From Balamuthia mandrillaris (taxonomy: Eukaryota), in the NCBI GenBank assembly GCA_031835245.2, contig JAVKOQ020000014.1, forward strand, positions 124,001-188,000: a DNA stretch of 64,000 nucleotides, given 5' to 3'. Under the pieces are notes generated by a model. That model saw only the letters and a list, made by a program, of their open reading frames with translations, ran no database searches and was not told the origin of the DNA. Both the position numbers and the translations under genes were made by a program. This document shows, one piece after another, positions 13,055 through 25,869 of this stretch. How positions within the stretch are numbered: position 1 is the stretch's first letter; each line of letters starts with the position of its first letter.

Positions 13055-13613
13055 CCTTCCTCCCTCCCTCTCCCTCTCCTTTCTCTCTTCTCTCTTCTCT
13101 CTTGTTCCTTGTGGATAATGAAGCATTGATTGACGGCGATGAACTGGTGGGTCTGTTATAAAGCTTCCAGAACAAGTGGCAGGAGCATATTTTGGAAAAA
13201 CGGCACGTAAACTTAGTGATATCATAGACGGGAAGATGGAGTTGGGCACCACGCAAAAGGTGCTTTTGGGGGTGGATGCCGCCATGGTAGTGCTGCTCAT
13301 AGTGGTCATAGTATATGTGGGACGAAGGGCGCTAAAGACGCTCAGCACGCGGCAGCAAAATAATGGAAGTCGAGCACCTACCCTCAATTCTGGAGACGAA
13401 GAGCTGGAGGGCTTGCTCTCTTCGGCAAAGAGCGAGGAAGACGAGCTTCTGCTAGGCCTATCCTCTTCTTCGGATACAGAAGCAGAGGAGGCGGCGAGCC
13501 AAGATTCCGCTGTGATAGGGGGAGGAGATCCCTTTTCTTTCGATAGGTTCGGGAATGCTCCGCTCGTACCCGAGCTAGCCAGCGGCGATGGCAACATCCC
13601 AGACATCCTCTGA
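12025..13613 (+). CDS. VTT/SNARE-associated (TVP38/TMEM64-like) membrane protein, multi-exon
   Basis: GFLYGIWQAT..GANIGACLAFFACR, NGLKIAFLIRF-VPVPFG, IPFWRFMLGTALG, PEQVAGAYFG. Confidence 0.8.
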
Positions 13614-13837
13614 GGCGGTCTCCCCGTCGACAAAATATTACTTCCAGACGACGTGATGATAAACTGCAGAGGTGGAGCCCAAGTTGTTCACTGCCCAAAA
13701 AAGAGAGAAAGAAGTGGAGAGAAGCAAGCCAAGCAAGCAAGCAAGAACTAATAAAAGCAACTTGTATACAGCGGCAAACGTTCAAAAAAAAAAATCCCCA
13801 ACAAACAACGAAAAAGCGGGGGTAAGCCCCACCAACA

Positions 13838-15130
13838 ATGGCTCTTTGCAACCATTCGTTCTTCCTCTCGCCAAAGATTCCACAAGCAGACCTGCACAAG
13901 CTCGTCAAGATCGTGCGAAAGCATGGCGGCCGCCTCTGCTCTTTGAGCGCCGGGGGCAACGGCACCGATGATGACGACCACAACAGCAACAAAAACAACG
14001 GGACAAAACTTCCTCTGCAACAAGAGCAGCATGCCTGCTTCCACAAGGAATGCTACCACGTCCTCCCCTCCTTCGAGGACCAGGACTTTAGGGAGCTCTA
14101 TCGCAAAGGACTGAAGCTGCTGGGTCCCCCTTGCCTCTTCTCCCTCTCCGAAGAGGAGGGGATCTCGCCTGCTGCTTCGTTCACTCCCTCCCCTCCCTTC
14201 TTCCTCCACGACTCCCACAGCAACAACACCAACCAACAACAGCCCTGCCCGCGCTTCGGCACATGGATGAGAGGGGTGGTGCTGTGCTGCACCGGCCTGG
14301 AGCAAGCCCTTCAGGACCGTTTGCACCAGATGGTGAGCTTTGCGGGGGGCTCCTTCCACAGGGACCTCACCAACACCGTCACCCACCTGGTGGCCCTCCG
14401 CGTGGTCGAATCCCAAAAGTACAAGATGGCGGCTCGCCTGGGCACTCCCCTCATCACCACCCCTCGATGGTTGATGCGGTGTTGGAGTGAGCGACGCCTC
14501 CTCCCGGCAGAGGACTTTGCCCTGTCCTGCTTCGCGGGGTGCGTCATCGCGGTGACGGGCCTTCGCACCGCCTTGAGGGAGCGGGTGGAGAGGCTTTGTT
14601 GGACCCATGGTGCTGTCTATTGTAGGGACCTTACCCAGACCTGCACTCACCTTCTTGCTGAGGTACCTCTATATTTTCACCATTGTTCTTCTTGCTGTCC
14701 ATCCTCCCCTACTCGCCATTCTGTTCTCTCTCCTTCACTTCATATTTTGTTCTATTTCTTTGTTCTTCCTTTTTCTTTTCTCTCTTTGTTCTTCTTCCGT
14801 TCTTCTTCGTTCTTTCTTCATTCTTCTTGTTCTTGTGCTTTGTTGTGTTAGGTTTACTTTTGGAGAACCGTTTAAAACTAAAAGATGATTGTGTGGTGTA
14901 TTATCAGAAACCAGAAGGTAAAAAGTACTATTTTGCACGGCAATGGGGAGTGAAAGTGGTGTATCCAGCATGGTTCGAGGAATGTTTGAGCAGAAAAGGT
15001 TTGTCTAGTTATCTGTAGTTCCCTTCCTATTCTGGCTAAACTGACAAATGATAAGCAGTGTGCGTAGACGAGGAACCCTACGAATTGCCTCAAACTGAAC
15101 CGGAAACCGAAGTACCCGCTCCCAGGTCCG

Positions 15131-15161
<31 letters not shown>

Positions 15162-15965
15162 TCCTATCTCTCTTCTCTCTCTGTCTTCGTTACTAAAGCA
15201 CTCTTATGTACTGTGACACTGAAGCCAACCAGAACATGGCAAACATGTTGCAACATCTGACTTCAATACCCCTCTCTTTGGTACGCTGCCCACGGAGGCG
15301 TCATCCGCTATACCCTCCAAAAGAAAAGTAGGAACAGTAGGAAGAAAACTTAACGCTGACGATGATAGCAAGCGAGATGGTGCTAAGGAAGACGAGGAAG
15401 AAGGGGAGGAAAACTCGGTGGCATCTTCTCAACCTCCTTCCAAAAGACCGAGAAGGAGTAGTCTTGCTTCCTCCACGGCCTCTGTTCCAACTTCCAACAA
15501 AAGCAACGGCAACGATGGGGAAGCAACAAAGGGCTCTGCACGTAGACACAGAGGACCGACCCCTGGCATCGGGCTTTCTGCAAGTTCTCCACAGTCATTG
15601 TCTGCCGCCTCACAGTCTTCAACAGGGACAACCGTGTTGGCTTCCAACGAAGTCGCCTTCATGAGCAGCTGCTATCCCATATTTTCGAACAAGGAGACCA
15701 ACAGTGATGGTTGTCACTCGTTGGATTCTTCCAGCGAGCCACAGCAACACCAAGCCACCATGAACATGACCATGACCTACTCAAATGATAGTTATCGAAG
15801 CCCTTCGGTTGCTTCCGCTGTGGGTGGTGACGGTATAACATACAGTGGAGAGTCTCCTTCGATAGAAGATTCAATGTCCTACTTTCCTTACGAACTCAGT
15901 TCTCTCTTTCAGGGCATTGCCTTTCTCGTCCCCTTTGCTGCTTATTCCTGTCTTCAACAAGAGGT

Positions 15966-16006
<41 letters not shown>

Positions 16007-19000
16007 GCCCCCAATTTTTCTCAGTTGTCTTGCCAACCGAAAAGAGATTATACCGTAAATGTGTGGACTGCATAGAAAAGTACGGAGGACTAGTTCTACA
16101 AGATGGAGGCCAAACACCACCTGTATCCTACATATCTTCCATAGTAGTAACATACATGCTGTGTCCGCATGGATACGTTCCTCCCAACACCGATAGCTCT
16201 TCCATTACAGCACCTACCCCTATAGTCACGCCTGAGTGGCTATTTCGTTGCGTCGAGGAAGAAAAAAGGCTTGAGCCAGGCGAGTTCTCCTTTCTGTTCA
16301 CGCCACAGGCCTTTCCCTTGTCCCTCAAAGCAGCACGTGCAGAACAAGAAGCAAAAGATGGAAAGCAATGTTTGCTTTGCATTTCCGGTTTTGTGGGAGA
16401 GGAACGAACTAACGTCATAGCTCTCATTCACGCGGCGGAAATGCCTTACGCTGAACGACTGAGCCGACGACAGACCACTCACCTCATCTGCAAAGAAACC
16501 AGTTCCTCTTCTAAGAAATATGTCAAGGCACTCCGGTGGAAGACCTCTGCGGTTGTCTCGCTTGATTGGCTTTTGGAGTCTATTCGCCAAAACGCTATTT
16601 TGCCCACTGATTCGTTCAAACTGCCCTCCCTGCAGGATGATTCCAAACTTCTATCTTCATCTCAGCAACAAAAAACAGAACGAAAATCTTCGTTAGCAAC
16701 TTCTCACAACGTACGTCGGCGGGTTCCGTCCGTCGCGCAAGAACCCACCATCGCACCTCTTGTTGATAAAAAGATGGTGGGACCCATTCTTCCTGAAGTC
16801 ACCATCTATGTTAGTAATCGCCTTACAAAGGTAATGAATTTCCCTCTTCTTTGACTTTATGGTATGTGGACCTCTAAGCCAAATCGCTGCATAATGTAAC
16901 AGGAACGGCAAGAGCTTCACGACATGGTAGCAGCATTAGGAGGCTTTCAAGCTTTTGGCTTTGACGACTCCGTTACTCACTTTATCTGTGAGGGCAAGCC
17001 TGACAATACTAGAGAGTTTCGTCTAGCTCGCAACAAGAAAGACGTTTACATTGTTTCTCCCATTTGGCTTAGAGAGGTTTGCTCTTTCCTTCTCGAAGAT
17101 GTTCTATACTGTTACTGACCGAAGATCTGTCATACAGTGTTACCGGCAAAACACACATCTACCAGAATGTGATTATCCCTTCACCCTAAATCCACGCATG
17201 AACCTTGGCGTTGGAGTGGTCTCGGTTAGCACAGGAATCGGCAATCCTCTCATCTATCCCTCTGTAAGCGTTACATCCTGTTCGACTAGTACAGACGAAA
17301 AGGAGAAAAAGCACCGGAAGAAGAAGCGCGAATTCTCAGCGCAACTCCCCAATGGAAGCAAGTCTGCCAACGTGCAATATGTCGACGATGCAACAAATAG
17401 GATGAAACAATCAGATGGCAATAAGGTTGGTCCTCCATACAAAGAAACGTTTGTGTTTAATCCACCGCCAGCTATCATAGCAGACACGAGAGCAATACAC
17501 GAAGACGAAGAAGCAGACAAAGAAAAAGACAAAGAAAAGGAAAAAGAAAAAGAAAAAGAAAAAGAAAAAGAAAAAGAAAAAGAAAAAGAAAAAGAAAAAG
17601 AAAATGAAAATGAAAATGAAAAGGAAAAAGAAACAGGACAACTCAGGACCGAAGCAAAACAAGCAAACGAAAAAGATATCAGAGAACACGAAGAAGATAA
17701 GGAAAATGACGAACTTATACCCATGGAAGAAGAAGAGGAAGAACGGAAGAGTGAGAACAACGACGAGGAGGAGGTGGCGGAGGCTCGGAAAATAGCGAAG
17801 AGCGAGGAAGATGAGAAACACGAGGTAACAGTATCCAGCCTATTACTACAGCAATGTCAAATGTTGCTGAAGAAAACAACATCACGGGTTTGTTTCACCT
17901 ATTCTCACCTTTCTTTCGTCACTCTTTCTCTTCTGGCTAATGCTGATATTACTTCAGTGGAAGATAACACGGTTGAACTCAACGAAACGCATCAATTCTC
18001 GAGGAGGCGGAGCATTGGCAGCTCCTTCAAACAGGACCACGGAGTGGATCAGTCGTCACGAAATGCAACAAGCAGCTACTCAACTATCACCAAAAAGCAA
18101 GTCTGGCAGCCTAAACGGCGCCAACCACAACGACATGAACAGAACTGTACATAACAACAACCGCCAGCCAAGCTATGTATCAGAACAGGAACCTCCTGAC
18201 TCACAGGTGGTAACCTATGACAATTTTGTTGAACGAAGAGCCACCGAACAACTATTAATGAACTTGCCCAACACGATTACGCACCGTACAAGTACCGCCA
18301 CTGTATTGGATATAACGGAGGATGGAGATGATGATGATGAAGGAGCAAATGATGAAGAAGAACGTGATGATGGCGGTGACGATGACCACGATGACGATGA
18401 GAACGAGAACAAAGTAACAGAAGTGCGCTCCGCAACAACGAGTGCACAGGAGAACAGCGCTGGTAGCATTCTACATTCCAGCAAGAAAGGAGGAACCAAC
18501 GAGAGCGGATCCTCCAGAAAAACTGGAAGTGGACGACGACCAACTCCTACCGCCACTACCAATGCAGCTGTGGAGCTTGCTCTGGGAGACGACAAGAATG
18601 CAAATGATCCTTCACAGGCTACTCTGAGGGCGAAGCATCCTGCTAGCTATAAATTTATGCTCACATCTTTTGCTGTAGCAGAAAAAACCGCCCTCATGCA
18701 ACGTGCGTTCCTTCTCATATTACCTCTATCGTTCTCTCTCGCCTTTCCTCTCTTTGCAATGCTTACCACACTTGCAGAGATACAAGAGTTGGGTGGTCTT
18801 GTGCTTAACAAAGAAGTTTTTGACAAAAACTGTACACATGTCTTAATGGGGGCTCCTGCTCGCACTGAAAAGTCTTTAGCTGCTTGTGCTGCTGGTGTTT
18901 GGTATTTTTTACCTTTAATTACGATGTTTTTGACTACCGGTCGTCTAACATATCATTACCAGGCTCCTGAAAGAGACTTACATCCATGCAAGCATAGAGG

Positions 19001-19066
19001 CTGGCCATTTTGTGGACGAGAGAGCTTTCATCTGGACTGAAGAAAAGTCGCCTCACTCACGTTTGT

Positions 19067-19112
<46 letters not shown>

Positions 19113-19635
19113 TGCAAAGACTCACTGATAACGCCAAAAAGCAGAGAGAGAATTGATGCGATCATACACATACTGGCAAGACAGGCTTCGCCGAGAGCGA
19201 GAGAACTTCAACCCCTCCAATCCGCCTCCTCCAGCAGCACCTCTACCTCCATTATCTGCTCCACTTCACACTGGCAGCGATGGTAGAGGCAACTTTGGAG
19301 CGTTTGCGGGATGGGCAGTGGTCCTCCTCCATCATGTTCCCAAGCGAAGGGACAGCCTGAAGCGGCTGATTGAGGCAGGGGGTGGTCAGGTGCTCGCCAC
19401 GAAACTAAGTTCGAATTATGTGGAGCCTTTGCTTCAGCGGTATCACAACAACAACAACAATAACGACCATCAACAACGGCAGCTGCTGGTCTTTGTGAGC
19501 AGAGGGCATGTGGACAGCCATCGTGCCCTGTTGCAGCAGCTGCAGCAGGCCAAAGTCTTGTGTATCAGCACCGACTACATCGGTTACCACCTATTGCCCA
19601 GCCCTCCGCCTGTTCAGGATTATCTTATCAAATAG
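13838..19635 (+). CDS. TOPBP1: TopBP1/Dpb11-like multi-BRCT protein, multi-exon
   Basis: Successive BRCT repeats: MRGVVLCCTG..GGSFHRDLTNTVTHLV, FAGCVIAVTG..CTHLLA, VTPEWL, CISGF..TTHLIC, FDDSVTHFI..VSPIWL and CTHVLMGAPARTEKSLAACAAG, ending with FAGW..LKRLIEAGGG. Confidence 0.85.
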
Positions 19636-19944
19636 GGAAGTATAAATATTAAATATACCAAAACAGTATAATGCACAAGACTACATCGGCTACCACCTAT
19701 TGCCCAGTTACTCTTTGCTGTGTTTTGGTTGGCTGGGTGTGTGTTCTTCACGTGAGCAGCAACGAAAAAAAAGGAGAAGCGAGATAAATGAAGGGGAGCC
19801 GCCAGCAGCAAGCAGTGCTTACAAGTAAGAGGGCTATTGTTCGTTCGTTTTAGATGATAAAACCCACGGCAGTTGGCCTTGTGCAAGACTTGGGGGCGGG
19901 AGGGGGCGGGACCTGTCGCAGGCTAGTGGTAATCCATCATCATG

Positions 19945-20643
19945 CTAGTAAAAGGAACCCAGGAAGAGAAACCTCTTTCCAGCGGATATAGGAAGGCCCA
20001 TGTGCTCATGGGAGACACCGCCAGGATAGACTATGGCAGTGCCAGGGCGGGGCTTGCCGGTGGAGTAGTCCCACTTGGGGAAGTAGGTGCCGCCGCCTTG
20101 GTAGTCGTCCGGCTGGCTGAGGGTGACGACCATGGCCACCGTCTCCATGTCGTGGTGCAGCCCCATCTCCTTGATGACCTCCGGCTCGTACTTGAGGACG
20201 TAGGGGCGGTCCATCTTTTGAATGGTGAAGGTCTTCCAGAGGCTTTGCACGAGAGGGCGGATGTGCTTCTCCACGACCTCGTAGTAGACGGCCTCCAGCT
20301 TGGGGTCGATCTGGTGGAGGTGTTGGGTGGTCTCAGGGTCGTCCACCTCCACGAGGCCCTGCGTGTTGACCTGTTCGAAGGTCTCCTCCTCGGTGACCCA
20401 CTTGCCGCAGTGCTCAGCCTCCTCGATGAGCAGCCGGCAGAACTCCTCGGTGAAGAGCTGGAAGTGGTAGATCTGTTCGACGGGCTCGCGGGTCACTTTG
20501 GTGGGGTCCAGCTTTTGTCCTTCCTTGAGGCTGGCCGTGGCCTCCACCAGCGTTGGGTCTATGAACTTGGGGTCGTACTGGAATAGTTCAGGGTGGAGGG
20601 GCTTGTACCCCCCGCTCTCTTCATTTGTGGTGGAAGAAGACAT
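19945..20643 (-). CDS. Stand-alone 2OG-Fe(II) dioxygenase resembling the PLOD lysyl-hydroxylase catalytic domain (copy A)
   Basis: FQLFTEEFC..LIEEAEHCGKW, YVLKY, HHD, DYQGGGTYF, HEHMGLPISAGKR..SF (HxD...H...R..S). Intronless. Confidence 0.85.
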   Translation of the reverse strand: MSSSTTNEESGGYKPLHPELFQYDPKFIDPTLVEATASLKEGQKLDPTKVTREPVEQIYHFQLFTEEFCRLLIEEAEHCGKWVTEEETFEQVNTQGLVEVDDPETTQHLHQIDPKLEAVYYEVVEKHIRPLVQSLWKTFTIQKMDRPYVLKYEPEVIKEMGLHHDMETVAMVVTLSQPDDYQGGGTYFPKWDYSTGKPRPGTAIVYPGGVSHEHMGLPISAGKRFLFLGSFY

Positions 20644-20851
20644 GTCTTTTGTTGTATGTTGTTGTTGTTGTTGAAGGCTGCTGAACGTCCCTCCTCCTCC
20701 TCCTCCTCCCAGTTTTGTTTTACAATGTTTATTTTTCTATAACGACAACAAACCACAACACCCCAAATTATTATTAATTGGCACACAGCACAGCACAGCA
20801 CCGCACAGCAAGAATACCCACCCACCCACACCCATTCATCATCCTGCTGAG

Positions 20852-21626
20852 ATGGGGGACCACCACTATAAGCCATTGCACGCAGAGCTATTCAGCTACG
20901 ACGACGCGTTTGTGGAGCGCTTCATAGGGGAGGGCGTTCGCCGCGTGCACCAGCTCACGCCCGAGCAGATCAACGAGCTGCCGTGCATCAAGGAGGTGGC
21001 CGAGCAGATCTACTTCTTCCAGCTGTTCACCGAGGAGTTCTGTCGGCTGCTCGTCGAGGAGGCAGAGCACTGCGGCAAGTGGGTCACCAACAAAGAAAAG
21101 ACCAACGAACCACACCCCTTTGTGGAGGGACTCATCGACGTCTGCGAACCGGACACCGTTATTGAGTTTGATGAACTTCCCGGTTCGTCCCCTTTTCTTC
21201 TTCCTTTCCTCCTCCGTCTCTCCCTTTGACTGAAGGTGAGAAAAAACCAAAACAAACCAACAAAAGGTTTGGAAGAAGTGTATGGCTCCGTGATAAAGAA
21301 CCACGTGCAGCCCATAATGGAGGCCAAGTGGGTGACCTTCAAGCTGCAAAAGTGGGACATGCCGGCGGTTCGCAAGTACGAGCCGGACGTTGTCAACTCC
21401 ATGGACCTGCACTACGACCTGGAGACGCTCTCCATGGTGGGCTACCTCAGCAAGGACTTTGTGGGCGGTGGCACCTACTTTCCTCGGTGGAAGCTGTTGG
21501 TGGGCGGACATGAGGACGTGGTGCCCGGCAGTGTGGTGCTCTACCCTGGTGGCATCAGCCATGAGCACAAAGCGCTCCCCATCACCGCTGGCAAACGCTA
21601 CATGCTCTCTAATTCATTCTTACTGA
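20852..21626 (+). CDS. PLOD-like 2OG-Fe(II) dioxygenase (copy B), one intron at ~21183-21266; 3' end ambiguous (21626 with a 1-nt slip, or 21844)
   Basis: Same motifs as copy A: FQLFTEEFC, HYD, GGGTYF, HEHKALPITAGKR. Confidence 0.8.
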
Positions 21627-22045
21627 AGTTCAACAGCTTCTTCCTGCTAAACCTCTATAAGATGTTATGTTTGTCCAGAGGTGCTCATCGAATTAGAGAG
21701 AGACCTCCATGCGGCCAGGAACATGATCCTTCGTCGCATCCGAGCGGCCGCTCTTTTCATGCGGTAGCGCCGTCTGGCCTTGACCTCGGTCTGGTTCCAC
21801 CGGCCGGCCCTGGAGCTCGTCCAGATGGTAGGCATAGACAATAAAAACGGCCTATGTCGTAGCGACCCCAAACCACCGACCTAGGTAGGCGTTGTTGTTG
21901 TTCGAATGCCTGTCTCATGTCTGCAAATATATAAGTGCTACTTCAATAAGCTGCTGCTGCTGCTGCACCTTCACGTTCAGCAGCAGAAAATGAGGGGGCA
22001 AGCCCCACGCCCACTCAATCCTATTTTCAGAAGATCTTTACTCTC

Positions 22046-23012
22046 TTGCCCGCCTTTTTGGAGGAGGCCATCCAGCCAGAACAACTTCCCTTACACCTTC
22101 CGTTCCTCACTTCCTTCACCCTTAGCGGCACTTCGAGAGCCCAACACAAATGGGGGGAAAGATCGTTCCACCCAACAACAAGCCTCAGTGCTTCGACTTG
22201 TAAGGCCTTTCCTCTATTCTCGGGAGATGAGGTGCAGCAATGGTTGAAATCCGGCCAGTTCGCTTCACTTGCTCCCACATTTGTCAGCTTTACTGGGGAA
22301 ATGATGCTCCAGCTTACAAAGGAGGAGTGTCAACAATTGGTTGGAGGTGTTGGTATTCCCCTTCACAAGGCCATACAGAGTCAAGGTTTGCATTTTTGTC
22401 TTCCTGACCGTTGCCTTCGTTTGGGAGTGAACCTATTAAACCCAATTATCACACGCTGGTCGGTATTTTCCTGGTGGTTGGTGAGTGTTGGGACAAAGGT
22501 AGAGTATGACGAATTGCTTCACAACTACAGTGAAAACTCCAGGATTGGTCACTTCCTACGTCTCAGCACAGGTATTGATGAGCTTTTTGCATATTTATAG
22601 CATGCCATTAACATAACTTTTGGCAACTGTAGCCTCAAAAGATCGAATTTTTTATCTTACCAATGGCCACGCTGGCTTGGTATGAGAGACTCTTTTGGCC
22701 CTTGAGAGGAAATTCGTGCCAAACGCAAAAGGAGACCCTGCCCCAACAGACTCAGATGTTATGAGCTTCTTGTTAAGTAGCAAGTACATTATCCAAATCC
22801 ATTTCACTCATGCAGTGCCAACCATTCAAGTGGGAGAAAAGGTTTGTCTTTTGTTACCATTGCTACTTTTGGCTTTACAAAATAATAATACTTCTTGTCA
22901 TTACAAACAGGAAGTGAAGGTATTGAAACAGGTTCTCATTGGGGATTCGTTTCCACTCCCTCTTCCTCTTCCAGAAAACCGCCTTTACTCAGCATACATG
23001 AATTTAGTGTGA
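22046..23012 (+). pseudogene. Decayed gene with a SAM-like segment followed by a TNGHAGLV-containing region (possibly a Crinkler/CR-type remnant)
   Basis: FSGDEVQQWL..FTGEMMLQLTKEEC..GIPLHKAI resembles a SAM domain. An in-frame TGA follows GHAGLV. Confidence 0.35.
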
Positions 23013-23427
23013 ACTTCAGTTCTTGCTGAATGTGCTAGTCATCTGCACCTGTTGTTCGTTCTGTCTTCCTTCACCTTCTCCACCACTCGCCATTGTGCTG
23101 AACGCTATAAGTTGCTTAAACCCCCATGTTCTCAAAAAATACACTCAGCTGTGCACATGATGGTTTACCTGTGGAGCGCCAATGGCAAGTGGAATACTAT
23201 AGAGCAGCTACTACAGCTCTTCCTGATAATTGGATGTCTCCTGATATGGGGCCATACTTAAGTACACCAGGAAAAAAAAGCTAAAAAAAAGCTTTCATTA
23301 TTGCCATACATGTTAAGAGCTCCAAGGAAAAGACCAATCAAATACATAACTCTTTCTCTTTTTTCCTTGTTCCTTTTCTTTCTTCCTTTATAAAAGCATA
23401 AGGTGCACAAAGAGCAATGTTGTACAT

Positions 23428-23588
23428 TGTTGTAAAATAAGAACGGGAATGATAGCGAAGACAGGGCAGAGAGAAAGAAACAACAAAAAAGGAGAAAGTG
23501 GACACGGAGAGGTTTCCTCAGGTCGACAGGCAGAAAGGAGAGGTCTACACAAAGAGAAGAAGAGCTATTATGTTGGAGTTTTCCAACA
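23428..23588 (-). mobile_element. Solo LTR (family C, 161 bp) with perfect 4-bp TSD ACAT
   Basis: TG...CA termini, ACAT on both sides, and a terminal hairpin TGTTGGA-aaac-TCCAACA like the other LTRs here. Confidence 0.7.
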
Positions 23589-23973
23589 ACATAAGGACAA
23601 CCAGTTTTTATATTATAGGTCAATAGTTCAAAAGTGAAAAGTGTTGAATGAGCTTTCAGACTAACTTTGTATTATCTAGCTATCCTTTTCTTTTCCCTTT
23701 CCTCTTTTATCTTTTCCTGTGAGAGAAAGTACATTTGCCTTAGAGCCTTGGTTTCCTCATAAGAACTTTGCTAACACACTCAAATAGCAGTGCTATTTGC
23801 CTGTTGGTTTGCTGCTTAAAGTCATTCACATTGATGGAGTCCTTTTTAATCCTTTCTCAGTGTTCAAGTGCTCAAACTTTTCCACTGCCAACCAGCTCAA
23901 GCAATGTTTTAGGTGATGAAAAAAGAGAAAGTATTGAAGAAAGAAATAAAGAAAGAGTCAGTTAAGTTGGCAC

Positions 23974-24915
23974 TTGCCAACACACTACATTATGAAAACT
24001 TTTCTATTACCACTTTTAAACATAACAAAGCCAAAAGTAAGGCCAATGTTTTGCATCCATGATACATTGAACAACTCTGTCCAGGCTGAGGACTATGAAG
24101 TTACTTGTAATTTCCCTAAAAAAATGTGGAAAAATAGGGCACTGACATGCAAAAGCACTGAATTGATTGACAGTCAAGAGAGGAAACAGGTCTTATGTTG
24201 ATGGATGAATCCAGTCATGAAGGAACGTTTGAGACTGGTATTTTAAACAATAATGAGCCCTGGGTCCAAATTTCGCCTGCAAAATTTATGTGATTGGGAC
24301 CATGATGCAGCACCTCAAAGAAGTCAGAGCTTTGGTCCTTCAAGGAGAATCGCCCAGGAACCCGTTATATGGTCATTTTTGACCTTAAAAACAGGGTTCA
24401 TGGGTTTTGGGGACCCTACTCTCCCAAGACTTATGATGCTCATTGGGTTTTGGACCACCAAGACACCTTGGATACGAAATGGAAAGGAGCTTATATTATT
24501 GGAGATTGCCACTTCTCGGTGCCCAAAGACACATTGGAAAATGTGAAAATAATCACCCCAGTACCTGAGCCTGGCAAGAAACAGCCAAAACTCTATAAAG
24601 CAACCAAAAATGCAATGCTCTGTGATAAGGCTGGTAGGGGAACAACCTAACGGACACCAACTTGATGAGCGTAGGGAAAAAGACCTTTAATAAAATGAAA
24701 GAAAGAGATATATATACAAGGAGAGATAGGGATAGGTATTATGGGAGAGTGGTATAACAGCTTAGATCTATCAAAATCTGTGCTAATGTGGAATCTCCAT
24801 TTGGCCTATGGAAAGGCAAGTGGAAGGCTCTATTTCAGCCATGGAGAGAAACTCCAAAGCAGCAAGGCTATGTGTTGAAGCTTGCTGCTGGTGTACACAA
24901 CTTTGAGATGAAATA
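23974..24915 (+). pseudogene. Degenerate PIF/Harbinger-IS5-like DDE transposase interrupted by a solo LTR
   Basis: WSFKENRPGTRYMVIFD..GPYSPKTYD..IIGDCHF lies before the LTR, and ANVESPFGLWKGKWKAL..HNF resumes after it. Confidence 0.6.
24621..24759 (-). mobile_element. Solo LTR (family A, same family as the 30562-36152 element)
   Basis: Near-identical to 30562-30699, with TG...CA ends and flanks GCTC/GCTT (4-bp TSD with one transition). Confidence 0.9.
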
Positions 24916-25601
24916 GTTACTTTCTAGCTTTTTTTGAATAAAGTTGTTCTTATTTTATTCTTCTTTGTATTGAACATTTCCCATATCCCAACTCCCTCAT
25001 TTTCAGTATGGTTGGGACCATGGTCCCAGTCACATAAATTTTGCAGGCGATATTTGGTCCTAGTTCTCAATAGTTTGGAAGCTTGCTTTGCAAGCTATGC
25101 AAAAAGAGGCAAAGATCCCTGAGAAGGGACAAGTTAAATCAGTTTTTGGAGGAAGCATTCAAGTTAGTAGTGGAAAAGTATAAGCACCTGAATACTACCA
25201 CAGTCAAGTTTCCTCCTCCCAACCAAAAGGCGGAAGATGACAAAGGTGCATAGGATTAACTCAGTAGAGGATATGCCTTGCCAAATGGAAGAGTCCAGTG
25301 TTGCACCTGAGAGGCAGATTGATGCAAACTCAGTCAGTCTGGAAGATGTTAAGGAGCAAATCAACAGTCATGTGACAATGCTGTTCAGTTATATTGGCAG
25401 TGTTTCCCCCTTGCCATTCCCATCACTATTGCTATCACCATCAACATCACCATTGTGTTGATGAGAATGGTATCACTGATTGTAATAATGTTTAACTCAT
25501 TACCTCAGACATTGCTAGATCTAGTTTGAATTGATATGGTCCATATCATTCATTGGGGAAGAAAGCTGCACATAGCCCAACATCTATGCACTAAAGCTGC
25601 T

Positions 25602-25869
25602 TGTTGAGAATTACTCTCAACATATTAGTTCCATTGCCCCTTTCCTTTCCTTTTCTTCCTGTTGACATTCTTGACCTGGACCAATCGCCTACTGCCACAT
25701 CACTAGGCTTCTTCCTTTTATTCTGTTGCTTCCTTTTCTCTTTCTTTTAGTTAGTTAGTTTTGTTTCGTTCACACCACACTTTCCCTCTTGACACCCTTT
25801 GTTCCCTTGTTCTCTCTTTGGATAATACGTTTTGGCCCTGTCCATTTATGTTATTTGCCCTTTCTAACA
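25602..25869 (+). mobile_element. Solo LTR (family B, 268 bp)
   Basis: Inverted copy of 32782-33049, with TG...CA ends and flanks TGCT/TGTT. Confidence 0.85.
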
